From NCBI RefSeq assembly GCF_009914755.1, contig NC_060932.1: a DNA stretch of 64,000 nucleotides; one strand, 5' to 3'. The notes beneath the pieces were generated by a model, which was not told the DNA's origin, ran no database searches, and was given only the letters and a program-made list of their open reading frames with translations. Positions 29,029 through 43,723 of this stretch are shown here, in pieces. Origin of the DNA: the human T2T-CHM13v2.0 reference genome, Homo sapiens. The stretch's first letter is position 1. Every line of letters begins with the position of its first letter. A program made the position numbers and the translations under genes.

Positions 29029-29896
29029 TAATTTTTTAATGCTGACTTTTCCCTTGCATATGGTCTTGCTTACTTTTTGTTGCTACTTAAAAAAACAAAA
29101 ACAAACTATTTTTCTTTCACAGGCCTAATGGATGTAAATTTCTGCTCCTAATTTCCTTTCCCCTAAACAAGGATGTTTGACTAGCTGATTCTTCAAAACG
29201 TTAACATGTGTAGTGGCTATTGTTTTATTGTTGTTATAAACTTCACAGGTTTCAAAGCTCTCCCAAACTCAGTAACAATCTGGCCTATGCCATAAATTCC
29301 CTAATTCATCCAACAAATTTTCACAAAAGAGTAAAATATATGCCCTGGCTTTGGAAGAACTTAAAAATCTAACAGATATATAATTCTTGGAAAGTTCAGC
29401 CATCCTCTATGGCTGCGCCCAATTGCAAGGGAATTATTCCTATTTCTTGGGGTAGTTTTACCAGCGTCTAACTCGGCTGGCACCCATGTCATGGTGCTGA
29501 CAAAGGCATATTCACATCGAGCTATGGGGATATTCAGGGTCAATATTGAGACTCATGGTGGGGAGAAACGTGTGTTCAGTAGGATTTGAAGGAAGGATTT
29601 AAAATAATGTGCTGAGGATCAGTTTTCAGCAAAAGTACTGTTTTTCACATTGAACTAATTTCTTTAGCTTATAACCACAACACTGAGCAAAAAACACCAA
29701 TAACAAATGCATAACAAAGACAAAAAGAAGAGAAAAGAAAGACCTCACGAAACTGCAAAGCTTGATGATCCTACCATATATAAAAGAACCACTGGGAATT
29801 GTCCAGTCTAGAAATGAAAATCATGATGCAGGAATGCAGCTATGAGTGTCACTTGGAGCTTTGGGAACGGACATGTGCTATGCCTTCAGCTTCGAG

Positions 29897-30070
29897 CAGT
29901 TCTTGAACTCCAGCGTGCGTCAGAATCACAAGGAGGGCCTGTTAAAATGCAAGTTACTGGCCCCCACACATGGTTTCTGATTCACTAGGTTTGGGGCAGG
30001 GCCTGGGAATTTTTAATTTCTGACAGTTCCTCGAATATGCTGCTGCTGCTGGAGTCCGTTTTGAGATAGG
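29897..30070. mobile_element. MER5A-like MITE
   Basis: GTTCTTGAACTCCAGCGTGCGTCAGAATCAC...GTTTCTGATTCACTAGG...GCTGCTGCTG. Confidence 0.8.
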
Positions 30071-30888
30071 GTGCCTTTGAGAATTCCCAGGTGGCCCAGA
30101 TGGGAGAATCGCTGCTGGGCTTCAGAGGATGTCCCAGCAGTTAGAATGTTGTAAGGACACGTCGCAGAAAGCCTTGAAAGCAAAGTGGCCAGGTTGTGAC
30201 TCTGGTAGGCAAAACAGGCAGGTTCATCCTCCTGGTATGCAGCTACTGAGATGCAAGGTGCTTTTTAAACATTGTGCAGCTCTTAGATTGGTGCCCCAGG
30301 GAAGGACAGGCCCCATCAAGGCTAGCCAAGAGCAGATTGATTACATCTGTGGCCAAAGTGTGGGCGATAAAATGTCATCCATCAGATTCTCTAATCACCG
30401 GTGAACATGAAATAAGGCAAATCAGCTGAAGAATCTTTCAGTAAGTAAAAATAATAAAATGCCTAAACTGCTTTCTATTCTACAAGCTAAGTGGTATTTA
30501 TTTTAGTAATAAAGATGCTCTTTAAATGAAAATGCATCAGATCGAGAGGATACATTTGGCCAGTGTGAATTAAAAGAGTTTATATGCATTCATTCTGTGA
30601 ATTCCAAAACAAAAACTATTTCTGATCTTGAAGAATCTAACCATGACGAATGAGGTATCATGAAATTAAAGTTCTACATTTTCCTCTGTGTAATAAATAT
30701 GAACTACATGACAGGTAATAGGAACTACTTTATTTACAAACTATTCAATGCTTACACTGAAAAACAGTCACCTCCTATTTCAGGAAAAAGTGTTTCAAAC
30801 ATGCAGAAAATTTGGAGAAAGCTCTGAAAAAATTATCTATATGATTAGAATAGCAAGAAAAGCAAACCATTTGGACAAGCAAGAGATA

Positions 30889-31434
30889 TATGATGGTTAA
30901 TTTTATGTGTCAACTTGGCAAGGCTATGGTGCACAGTTGTTTGACCAGTCTAGATATTGCTGTGAAAGTATTTTTCAGATGTGATTAGTATTTGAATCAG
31001 TAGGTTCTGTGTAAGGCAGAGTAGGCTTTGTAATGCAGGTGAATCTCATCCAATCAGTTGAAGGCCTTAAGTGGAAAGACTGAGGTTTCCTGAAGAGGAA
31101 GGAATTCTGCCCTAAGACCGCAACATAGAAATCCTGCTTGGAAATTCAAGGAATTGGGACTAAAGACTGCAAGATCAACTCTTAGCAGAACTTCCAGGCT
31201 GACTGCTTGCTTTATGGATTTTGGACTTGCCAGCCCCACAATTATGTAAGCCAAATTAAAATCTCTCTCTTCCTGTCTCTCTGTTTGCCTCCAACATATC
31301 CATCGGTTCTGTTTCTCTCTCTCTCGCTTTGCCTCCAACATATCCATCAGTTGTGCTTTTCTCTCTCTCTCTCTCTCTCTCTCTTTGCGTCCAACATATC
31401 CATTTGTTTTGTTTCTCTGGAGAATCCTAATACA
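30889..31434 (+). mobile_element. MLT2-type ERVL solo LTR
   Basis: TGATGGTTAATTTTATGTGTCAACTTGG ... CTCATCCAATCAGTTGAAGGCCTTAA ... GTTTCTCTGGAGAATCCTAATACA. Confidence 0.9.
31262..31418. repeat. 3-copy compound minisatellite, (CT)n plus TTTGCCTCCAACATATCCATCRGTT
   Basis: Core TCCAACATATCCAT occurs three times, separated by (CT)n runs of different length. Confidence 0.92.
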
Positions 31435-32029
31435 ACATACATCAATGACAAGACGAATTAGCTGCAGTTGTTTGACTTCAGACTGTCTTTTGTGTGACTT
31501 GGTGAACCAAACAGTAATTTCTGACTGCTTGAGAGTAATTTAATTTTCCCGTTAACGTTAATCATCTCCACCCTTTACTTATTGAAAAGCAGAGATACTT
31601 ATTTGCTATATACTGCTGATATTTTTGTGAAACAGGCGCACTTGTGACTTCTATAATTCCTTTGGCTTGGAAGCTACAAAGAAAGGTGAATTTATGATTC
31701 TTCAGTGATTTGATTTGTTTGAGTCAGAGATTGGGTCATCCATGAATACCCGGCTTCCTCCAGTTAGTTCATGTTGTTTGCAGCCTTAAGTGTAGATACA
31801 CCAAGTAATTATTCTGAGCAGAAAGTGATGGCTCATAGTCCTGAGACAGGAACAGCATGTACAGGGGCTGTCATTCTGCATAACTCCTGAGATTGTGCAG
31901 TGTGGTGTCCTCAATCAGTTATGATAACTGAATGGAAAAAAGCTTTAAAATTACATGTCTCTTTACACTGGGAGCTAATGTGCTGAAATAAAAGTTACAA
32001 GATGGGGAAGAAATGTATTGATTGTCTAC

Positions 32030-32250
32030 TCTGCACAAGAATGTACTATGCTAGGTAATTTGGTTATATAATCTTATATGATTTTTAAACATGTTTGTAC
32101 AGGAGATATTGTTGTTATCCCCATTTTCTCCATAAGAAAAAGAGGGTCTAGGATATTAAGTGACCTGCCAAAGTCAAGCTGTGAGTAAATGGAGGAATGT
32201 GGATTTAAGTCATATTTTATTCCAAAGCCTGTCCTCTTTTCCTACACTGG
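32030..32250 (-). mobile_element. MIR relic
   Basis: TTATCCCCATTTT...TTAAGTGACCTGCCAAAGTC...TCCAAAGCCTGT. Confidence 0.75.
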
Positions 32251-32735
32251 ATCGCCTCTTGGTTAAAGTCAGCACTCTAAAAGCCTAAACATAGTTTTAA
32301 GGCCTTTGGTTCAATTGATGGAAATGTGATCCTGATTTTTCACAGTTGGCACCTTTTCTGGCCATTGGTCTGAAAATAAGGCTACAGTAGGTGAATCTAA
32401 CATTTCTTATCATTTTTACATCTTTAGGGACCCAAATTTGAAATACTTAGTTGCTTAAGTTTCCAGAATCAAGGCATCAGTGGTCCAAGCCATCAAGATA
32501 CTAGATTAGTATCATTTGCTCTGAGAAACTGGCAAAGATTTCTCAGAATCTTGGGATTTCTTCTGACTTGATATTCTCTGAACCTATGTTACTGTCCTAC
32601 AAACTATTCATTTATTTGCTCCTTTTTCTTTCATTCAATACATATTCAGTACTTACACCAAAATTCTGTGTCTTGAGCTGAAGAAAGTACAAAGATGAAT
32701 TAGCTATAGTTCCTACCTTTAAAATACTTTCAATC

Positions 32736-33036
<301 letters not shown>

Positions 33037-34072
33037 AAAATACTTTCAATCTACAGGGAAAGTTCTACTAAATAAGTAGAATACAGAGTACGGAGTGACA
33101 AGTGGCTTTTGGTGTTTTGCCACAAAGCAGCACCCGCAAATGAGTTCTCTAAAAAGGCTGGTAGGAATGGTTACTGATGAAGTGGTGCATAAGGCTAGCC
33201 ACGAGGTCTCTATCACTATTATGATGATGACAGTGATTATAACACAAGATAGACTGAACGATTAGGAAAGCACGTGTGTGTAACAATATTTAGATTTTTT
33301 TCCTTGTGGCTCAGAATGAAAGGAAAGAGAGCAATAACGACAGTGGGTTTCACTTTGTAATTAAGTATAATTTGCATGTAGTGTGAAAGGAAAACAAAAA
33401 CTAATTGTGTGCACACTTTTAACCTAATAAGTTTAGTCAACTTCTAATTGTTTGATTATTTAATCAAATTGGATAATGAGGGGATAAAGGGGAACGATAA
33501 AAACAAGTTATTCTGGAAGACTGAAGAGGTGCATAGAATCATATAATTCCAGGATAGTGAAGTAGAAAATGAATTTTAGGGTGAGTCCCTTCCCTGGCCC
33601 CGCCACACACATACTTATTTTGCAGACGAGGATTGTAATACTTTGGGTGGAGACTCATTTGTCCACGTGTGATATGGTTGGCTGGTGGAAGAAATTCATA
33701 TAGAATTGAATTCTATATGAGGAATATAGAGGAAGCTTTAGGGATGGGACTTGTAAAACTGTTTCTCCTTCCCCAACTGTCATGTATTCCACCTAAAATG
33801 TCAGGAGTTATTGTAATAACAAGCAACTTGAGAATGAAGAAGAGAGTCGATTCAATTCCCCTATAGTGAAAACAGAGAGTCACCATTGCAGTGAGCGTAA
33901 AGAAAATGATTCTCCTTGAATCAATAGATAAAGGTTACCTGGGAGTGGCAATGAGGGAGGGAAGGAGCCAGGAGGCAGTTCATTTGGGGCTGAGGGAGTC
34001 CCAGGGATCTCTTGGAAGAGATACTGAGCATATGTGGTTAATCGACGATTATCTGAAATTTTTCACTCACAC

Positions 34073-34382
34073 TTTTTTTTTTTTTTTTTTTTTTGGAGAT
34101 GGAGTCTTGCTGTATCACCCAGATTGGAGTGCAGTGGTACCATCTCAGTTCACTGCAACCTCTGTCTGCCTCCCGGCTTCAAGCGGTCCTCCTGCCTCAG
34201 CCTCCCGAGTAGCTGGGATTACAGGCACCTGCCACCACGCCTGGCTCATTTTTTATGTTTTTGGTAGAGATGGGGTTTCACCATGTTGGCCAGGCTGGTC
34301 TCAAACTCCTGACCTGAAGTGATCCACTCTCTGTGGCCTCTGAAAGTGCTGAGATTACAGGCGTCAGCTGCTGCATCTGGCC
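34073..34382 (-). mobile_element. AluSx-like
   Basis: Antisense dimer; degenerate TSD ACTCACACTTTT/ATTCACGCTTTT. Confidence 0.93.
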
Positions 34383-35384
34383 ATTCACGCTTTTGAATGC
34401 AAGAACAATTAAGCATAAAAAAGGTAGTTTTTATTTTATCTTAGGGAGGCTCATAAACCTTTGGTAGTTGTGTTTAAGGCATTGTTCATAGAAAAATTAG
34501 AAAACTTTGTTACTGGAAGTTTTGTAAGCTACTTTGTGATTTGTAAGTTTTGCACTGTGCATTTGTCGTTTCAGGTTTCATAAGCTAGATACTTGTCAAT
34601 ACATTAGGAAATGACTTTATAAGAATTTCAGATATGAGAAAAGCTCTTCAGAAATTATTACTTACTTGAGTTTTGCACTTTGGGATTAGATAGCCTTAAC
34701 CTTGGTTAATATTATGTCACCTGTCTCTACAACTTGGTTAAAGTTTGAGTATACACAATTTTTTGATGTAAAGGGATTCACAGTCGTGTCAGAAGAGGCT
34801 TTCTCCATTCAGCTAAGGTTATTAACCATATTTCAAGTCTGCTAATTTGGAGGGAAAAACATTTGTTCATAATTGTAGTCTAATATTTTCCAGTTAGCAC
34901 CAGGAACGAAACGTAGGCTAGTCTGAATTTGCAAACAAGTTGTCGTCCGAATGTTCACTTTCAAATCTGCTCTTTGGAACTCTGAAATCATTTTCTCACA
35001 GACGGCAAAAACTACCATGGTAGCTAGATTGCCAAGTCTGTTCACAAAGTCTATTTTAAACCATCACATATGTAAAGTTTAATTGTTCTAGTTCTTTGTA
35101 ACTTGAGCGGCAGGTGCCACAAGAACTTGATGGCAAAGCAAGCATAGTTCCTCGAATGTAAAGGAACACATCTCATTGTCCAGGCCGGGGATGTGTCCAG
35201 AGAAAGTGACAGAGGGCTGGAGTGGGCTTGTCAATGAAAACCCCCCTTTGTCAGTCTCCTTTTTATTTCAAGCCCCTGTTATTGGCTCTCTTGCTTCCCT
35301 TTTCCCACTGTAGCAGATATTTCTGACAAGGTTCTATCTCCTCTTGGATCCAAAACAGGAGGATATATATGAAAACCCAGACAA

Positions 35385-35710
35385 CAGCAGTCCCCATTTA
35401 TCCATGGTTGCACTTTCTCCGGTTTCAGTTACCTGTGGTCAACCGTGGTCTGAAAATAGTGAGTACAGTCAAGATATTTTGAGAGAGAGTCCACATTCCT
35501 ATAACTTTTATTACAGCATCTTGTTAAAATTGTTTTATTATTAGTTACTATTGTTAATCTCTTGCTGTGCCTAATTACAAACTAAACTTTATCATATGAT
35601 GTATGTATAGGAGGAAACATAGTATACACAGGGTTTGGTACTATCCGTAGTTTCAGGCACCCACTGTGGGTCACGGAATATGTTCCCCTTTGGAAAATGG
35701 GGGACTAATG
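35385..35710 (+). mobile_element. MER44A (TcMar-Tigger MITE)
   Basis: TIRs CAGCAGTCCCCATTTATCC.../...GGAAAATGGGGGACTAATG followed by TA; internal GGTTTCAGTTACCTGTGGTCAACCGTGGTCTGAAAATA. Confidence 0.9.
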
Positions 35711-36366
35711 TATACTGTTTTGGGTATTTTCTAATCATTTTGGAAAACAGAGAGAAACAAGTATGTGGCTATGAAATTAATCTTTCTAGTCCATATCTCT
35801 ATCTTGCTTTTTGAAAAACAAAACCACATTCAGTAATAATGGTGATGAATAAAGTTTTATCTACATTTCTGAGGGCCACCTGACACAGAGAGCCCTAAAC
35901 ATATCATCGCTAGAGCTCAAGGATGTGCAGGTGCTGGAGGACGGGAGCAGCAGGGCTGGACACTCCTTGAGTAGTGGTGTCGGGGATGGGGCATGAGAGA
36001 GGGGCAGGCTTGGGAATTTAACCTCTCCTCTGCCACATACAGCCCATTCCATATAATGATCATTCTTCCTGTGTATATTTAAGACTTGAATTAGTTTGAG
36101 GGTTAGAGGATAGTCCTAGGCACCAGAAGGTGGAGTTGAAAGATAAAGAAAAGTGGCTGTAGTTTTTTTCTGGTCACTTCCAGGATGTCTGGGCCATAAA
36201 CAAATTGGGAAAGATGGACAGGTCACAGTCTCTCTCCTATATGGGCACAGAAGCATGAATAACTCATTTCAGCATATGAAGTAAGTATAGGTAAGGTGCT
36301 TTTTATAAGAATACAGAGTAGAGGCCCTTAATCTTCCAGGGAAAGGGCATTAAAACATGCTTCCTG

Positions 36367-36653
<287 letters not shown>

Positions 36654-37038
36654 CTAGAGAAGATACCAGATACCACTTGCAGGGGATTTTATCATCTTGT
36701 GTATATGTGGAGGGAGAGAAAAAGGGTATTTGTGCCAGGAGGTGGGATACAGCCTGGCTTCCGTGTGAGTAATATGTGTGTGGTTGAAGGTTGGGCATGA
36801 GAAGTTCCATGTTGCTGGAGTTTCAGATATATTATGGGGCAAGCGGTAAAAAACTAAACTAGTGATATAGGTGGTGCCAGCTCATTCAGGGTCATGAGCC
36901 ACACACAAGGTAAATATTATTCTTTAGAGGATAGGGTCCTACTGAAATTTAAACATGTGACATTGAGAGATTTGCATTTTGGATGGATGATTTGGGAAAT
37001 GTGTTGGAAGTAGATTTAGGGATGACAAACTGGAAAGG

Positions 37039-38000
37039 ATACCAGTTAGAAGGTTGTTGCTAGAGTCCATAAGAAAGATGATGAACACTTTTTGACGACC
37101 ATCTTTAGAATATTAATAGGAATGGAGGGCATGGTTTTAAATGTAAAGTGTTTAGGTCCTTCTGGTTAGAAAATCACAGAATAAGCAGATTCACCTATCT
37201 TAAAGCCCTCTCAAAACACATTATAGTGAAGAAGGAAGAAAGAAAGAAAATGAATACATGAGAAAAAAATGGAAGCGAAGGTAACAGGAAGACACAGATG
37301 TAATGCAAACCATATCAATAGCATTATTTCTCTGGAAAGTAGGTGGACTGTTGGCAGCTATGCTAAAGGCTGCAGAGAGCTGTATTCTCAACCTTCTTGA
37401 GGAGGGCAGTGGGGATGGGAAGTCAGTAAGAGGGAAGCATATTCTTTGAGCTGGAAAACGGAAAGTGCTCAGAAATTGGAGGCAGCAGCCGCTCTGGAAG
37501 GTGGTGACAGGCATAGGGAGATGAAAAGAGAAGTGACTTTATATGTAGCACTAAGATTCGTAGATCTCCAACCCCAGGCTGCACAGTCGATTTCCTGTCC
37601 GCCAATTCAACAGGAGACAGGAAGTTTACTCTCTGGAGACACTAATCAGATAGGTTGTGGACCCAAGGATGTTGGGCAGAGCTGAGGGCAGGATGAGGTG
37701 CAATGGGGGAAATATCAGTGCAATACCATTAAGAAGGTTGTTGCACGAGTCCCTAGGAAAGATGATGAAGACCTTTTGAAGACCATCGTTATATATTAAT
37801 AGGAATGGAGGGTATGGCTTTAGATGTAAAAAGTGTTTAGGTCCTTCTGGTTAGAAATCACAGAATAAGCAGATTCACCTATCTTAGAGCCCTCTCAAAA
37901 CACATTATAGCGAAAATGGAAGAAAGAAAGAAAAAAACGGAATACATAAAGTAAAAAATGGAAGCAAAGGTAACAGGAAGACACAGAAGTAACACAAACC
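37039..38000. repeat. ~275-bp diverged direct repeat (37039-37311 and 37723-38000)
   Basis: Colinear alignment by eye, e.g. AAGTGTTTAGGTCCTTCTGGTTAGAAA and AATCACAGAATAAGCAGATTCACCTATCTTA are shared. Confidence 0.95.
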
Positions 38001-38210
38001 TTTCACTTGCTCTTTCACAGAGCATTTGAGAAACTTCTCAAACAGAGCTGGGTCTCAACCAGATCACCAGCCACCAGGAAACACGTTTTAGAGTGTTCCC
38101 TTCCAGCCCCACTTCAACACAAGCATTAGTCAATTTTCAGTGACTTATCTTTACATAGAAACATATAGCCAGAGCTCACCAGGTATATAAGGAAAGTCCC
38201 TAACACGAAA
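37150..38210 (+). mobile_element. Ancient L1M/HAL1-like 5' region (tentative)
   Basis: GCCAGAGCTCACCAGGTATATAAGGAAAGTCCCTAACACGAAA resembles old L1 5'UTR/ORF1-start motifs. Confidence 0.4.
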
Positions 38211-38961
38211 GGATTTGTTGCTGATGGTGTTGGGTGAGGTAAGGAGGGTAAACGAAAGCTGAACAAATTCTAGTATAAGTGATCAATCCAAGTGAATTGC
38301 TAGATTAGGCAACAGGAAGGAGAATCTAGAAAAGGGGCAAGTATCTTGTGGGGAGACATGAGGAGGAAAAAGAAAGTGAGTTGCACTTTAGATATTATGG
38401 GTTTGGAGGTGAATGTAGCCACAGGATGACTGGATCCAGCTGCATATGGACTCTCTCTTTTTCCTCCGACTTCAGTCTCTGAGACCAGCTTTTCCATACA
38501 ATGGGGGATATGGCTGGAGACATATTGGGAATTAAGTCCTTTAGTCTGTGATCAGAAACTAAAATAGTCTTTCTTGATGAGTCTGAAGAATTTTAGTGAC
38601 ATTAAGATGATCCTGGCCAGATCAAATGACGCCTCTGTGGCCAGAGGCTGGATCTATTACCTGAAGTGCTTAGAGGACAAAAATAATACATGCCACAGCT
38701 ATTCCTTCTTCTTACAAAATATATTTCCTTCTTTTAAGGCCCACTTTTAAACATACCCTAACGATAGATTTTTATAACTCCCTTATCTCGATATCATTTA
38801 GCGTTCTTCCATAACACCTCAGGTTTATCATTTTTTTTTTTGTTCTTTGTCATTTACTGCATGTGGTTGAAGTTTTTCTTGTGTATTTGCTCTATCTCTT
38901 TTCCAAGACTATAAGCTCCTTATGTGAAAGTATGAAGTGCTAAGTATAAAGAAAAACACCA

Positions 38962-39268
38962 GGCCAGGCGTGGTGGCTCACGTCTGTAATCTCAGCACTT
39001 TGGAAAGCCGAGGCAGGTGGATCGCTTGAGGTCAGGAGTTTGAAACCAGCCAGGCCAACATGGCCAAATCCTGTCTCTACTAAAAATACAAAAATTAGCC
39101 GGGCGTGGTGGTGGCCACCTGTAATGACAGGTACTTGGGTGGTTGAGGCAGGAAAATCGCTTGAACCAGGGAGGCGGAGGTTGCAGTGAGCCTAGATGGC
39201 ACCACTGCACTCCAGCCTGGGCCATGGAGCAAGACTCGATCTTAATAAATAAATAAATAAATAAATAT
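38962..39268 (+). mobile_element. AluSx/Sz-like with (TAAA)n tail
   Basis: Full dimer; TSD similar to AAGAAAAACACCA/AAGAGAAACACCA. Confidence 0.94.
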
Positions 39269-39689
39269 AAAGAGAAACACCAGAAGGTTTGTTTCTAAAT
39301 GGAAATTGTTCATATTAGAATAGTCAGCTTGGAAGGTGGTAGCCTTTAGTGATTCTATTGCTCACACCTTGCATAGAAGCCACTCTTGAAAATTGTTTTC
39401 AAGTATAATACTCATTCTTTTGAGATCTTGTTTTGAAATATTTGTCCTTTTGAATATATTTATATTTTTAAACACTCAACTCTCTGATGAAATTCATGAA
39501 GTAGACTTTCTGAAGTAGACTTTTGATACAGATGCTTGGTTTTGATTTGGATTTTTGAAATAGCCTAATTCAGGGACAGTTTTCATGAATAAGGTAGAGG
39601 ACTCTCATGTAATAAGGTTTTCTTCCATGGTTTGTAAATTGGCTTCAAAATTCTTTCTAAATATTTTCAAATAACGAGGCTATTTATTC

Positions 39690-39900
39690 AGCAAACATGT
39701 GTATAGTATCTGTTCTATACAAGCACAGTCCTAAGTGCTTTATATGAATTGATTCATTTATCCCTACAATAGACCAAGGGGAAAAGGATTATTATCCTCA
39801 TGTTATAGATGAAGACACTGAAGCACAAAGAATTTAAGTAACTAATGTCACAAACTAGGAAACAGTTGGGATTCAGTCTGAAGTTCATGGACTTCACACT
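39690..39900 (-). mobile_element. MIR relic
   Basis: GTCCTAAGTGCTTTATATG...TTATAGATGAAGACACTGAAGCACAAAG. Confidence 0.75.
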
Positions 39901-40124
39901 GGTGATATGCTACACTGTCATTGCAATGTTAGTTTTCCTATATAATTACTTAGAAAAGGATTGCAAATATGCCTTCAGCCAAATCTGCCATTTCCCCAGT
40001 TTTGATATATCTTGTGAACTACATTTTTTGGATGTTTGGAAAAAAAAAGTGACAGAATATATTGTGACCCATAAAAATCACAGAAAATAGAAATCATAGT
40101 GTCCACAAGAACACATAGTGTCCA

Positions 40125-40282
40125 CTGGAACACATCCATGTACATTGGTTTGTTTATGTATTGTTTATGTGGCGTCTGCACTACAACAGCAGAATTGAAT
40201 ACTTGGGACAGAGACTGGAGAGCCCACAGACTTAAAATATTCACTATCTGATCCTTTATAGAAAAAGTCTGCCAAGTCCTGA
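40125..40282. mobile_element. MER58-like hAT-Charlie fragment
   Basis: CACTACAACAGCAGAATTGAATA...TAAAATATTCACTATCTGATCCTTTATAGAAAAAGTCTGCCAAGTCCTG. Confidence 0.8.
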
Positions 40283-40433
40283 TTAAGAAAAATAATAATT
40301 CCCTGGATGTCTATGTTCTGACACACTTCTCAAAAGAAATTCCAAAGGAAACCAATTTCAATGGTTTCTATCATAACAATTTGATTTTTTTAAATGAAAT
40401 TAATTGTCATGAATATAATAACATATCCATTAA

Positions 40434-40574
<141 letters not shown>

Positions 40575-40847
40575 TAAAATAACATTTATGTCTTGTTTAC
40601 ATTCATTTATTTTTAAAATGTAGCTTTTGGGGGTAGCTTCTGAGTTAAGACAACTGTTTACAAGACACTGTTCAATGAAAGCATCAGTCATTGTGATCCC
40701 TGTTGGCAGCCACAAGGTGCACGTGGATGCGCTTGTTCCAAACACACGCACGGCCCTCTCGGCCCCACCGTCACATGCACATGCATAGAAAGTCAGCAAA
40801 AGCAACAGGAAGTAAAGGGAGAGCCTTTGATCCATTCAGCTTCATAA

Positions 40848-41190
<343 letters not shown>

Positions 41191-41870
41191 GCTACTTAGA
41201 CTCCTGAATTTACTTTTAAGGTATAAAAATAATAGATTAACTCAGTCATTATTATGTTAATATGCATAATACACTGTTTTTTTGGAGAGGAAGAATCGTT
41301 AAGCAACTGTGAGAACAGTGATTAAGGAAAATATAAATTAAACTAGTGATCAAAACATTTACAATACTGAATGCACACCTACCAGGAACACGAGTATTTT
41401 AAAATACCCAAGTAATAACCTCATTCTGTGGAGAGGATAAACAAAATCTGAAATTACAATGTGGAAATACACTAAAAAAAATCCATCTTAGTAAAACACT
41501 AACAAGCAAAGCCCTACCATAAATCAATTTTTTATGAATCTTAGCCCTTTTTATTTTAAAATACCATATATATATAGTCCCAGATGATGTTACTCTGCTT
41601 CCTTAGTTTTTCTTAGTAACGTAATTAACCTGAAAGGTGGCTGAAAGGTGGCTATACGTGGCTTTCCTCTTGTCTGCAAATGAGGCAGGTTAGAGAAGTT
41701 AAACCCAGGTGAGGCCTGCCCTGCCCATTTCTTGCAAGACGAACACCCAGGGAGAGGAAATGGAGGTGGACATTTTGATTAAAAGTTTTAGATCATCTAA
41801 AGATTTTTTTTTCCCTCAACTACATATGTGGCATTTCCTCTGAGTCAGAAGGAGAAAATGTGTTTGAATT

Positions 41871-42101
41871 CCTATAATATCTGTAAAAGACTTCACTGTT
41901 TGTGTTCTTAAAACAACAACAGGCCAGGCGTTCTGGTTGGTTGCCCCATTGAGTAATGATGACTAGAGTGGGAATGAGTGTGGTTTCGAAGAGAATATAG
42001 AATATGATTAGTTCTGTGGCAGTGAATGTTATAATCAAAGAAATTTGTAACCTATAATATCTGTAAAAGACTTCACTGTTTGTGTTCTTAAAACAACAAC
42101 A

Positions 42102-42110
<9 letters not shown>
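41871..42110. repeat. Exact 60-bp direct repeat (41871-41930 = 42051-42110)
   Basis: CCTATAATATCTGTAAAAGACTTCACTGTTTGTGTTCTTAAAACAACAACAGGCCAGGCG is present twice with no mismatch. Confidence 0.98.
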
Positions 42111-42525
<415 letters not shown>

Positions 42526-43192
42526 TCACATTTCCACTCCTTTGGACTCTGCCATCCAGACATACTGAACTTTTTTTTTTTTCTTTTCTGTAATCAGCTG
42601 TGGTTTTGCCCTTCAGACCTTCAAACCTAGTGTTTACCCTGCCCCATGTCTTTGCTTGGCTCATTCCTATTGATCAATATTTGTTCATTTCACATAGTTG
42701 CTAAGATCTTACATATGCCAACCTTTTTCCAGGCTTTGCTAAAATGACTTTTTCTAGGAAGCCTTTCATGGCCTTCTAACTAGCCAAAGCTCCTGCAGAA
42801 ATTTGTACTTCTGTCTTGGCCTGTAATATACTTTATTGTCTGTGACTTCTAGTTTTATTGTCTTACAGGCTTGACTTTGAGCTTGGTGAAAGCAGGGAAT
42901 GAGACTATCGTCCTCGCCTTAGTTATTTCCAGGGCCTAACAGTGTGTGTGTGGCAACGACTAGGTGCTGAGAGGATTTATGTAGAGTGAATGACAAAATA
43001 ATTATAAAATATTTTAGTATGGGCATGGAAATAAATAGAATGTCTTTAGAAGTTAAAAAAAATAACTGAACTTGTTTGGTTAAAATGCATTCACGCATCA
43101 AGCTCATTAGCACATTTCACTTTTCGGAATGCCACTAATACTTAGCTCATTGGTAAAGTTCAGCTATGTGCAAAAATGAAAATTTTAAATCG

Positions 43193-43510
43193 GGTCAGGT
43201 GTGGTGGCTCACATCTGTAATCCCAGCACTTTGGGAGGCCGAAGTGGGTGGATTGCTTGAGCACAGGAGTTCAAGACCAGCCTGAGCAACATGGTAAAAC
43301 CCCATCTCTACAAAAAAAAAAAAAAAAAAATTAGCTGGGCATGGTGGTACATGCCTGTAATCCCAGCTGTTGGGGAAGCTGAGATGGGAGGATTGCTTGA
43401 GCCTGGGATACTGATATTGAGGCTGCAGCGGGCCGAGAATACCACTGCACTCCAGCCTGGATGACAGAGTGAGACACTGGCTCAAAAAAAAAAAAAAAGA
43501 AAAAGGAAGA
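43193..43510 (+). mobile_element. AluJb-like
   Basis: GGAGGATTGCTTGAGCCTGGG...GAGGCTGCAG; TSD AAAATTTTAAATC/AAAAGTTTAAATC. Confidence 0.92.
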
Positions 43511-43723
43511 AAAAAGTTTAAATCAATGAATGTTCTCATTTCTAATGAAATAATGAAACATTATTGGGAGAGTTATAGTCATAATCATCTTACTGCACTA
43601 TCAATTAAAAAATACATCATTTTTTAGAGCACAATATATACCATAAAGAATTATTCAAATAGTCTAAATATTACGATCAAATTTTTAATAGACTTTGTTA
43701 CTTAAACTAAAACTGTATTAGTC

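Noticed and set aside
31262-31418. Repeat-spacer pattern resembling a CRISPR array
   Set aside because: The spacers are (CT)n microsatellite, the unit derives from the MLT2 LTR, the context is eukaryotic and there are no cas genes.
37039-38000. Direct repeats interpreted as paired LTRs of a mini-retroelement
   Set aside because: No TG...CA ends, primer-binding site, polypurine tract or TSD.
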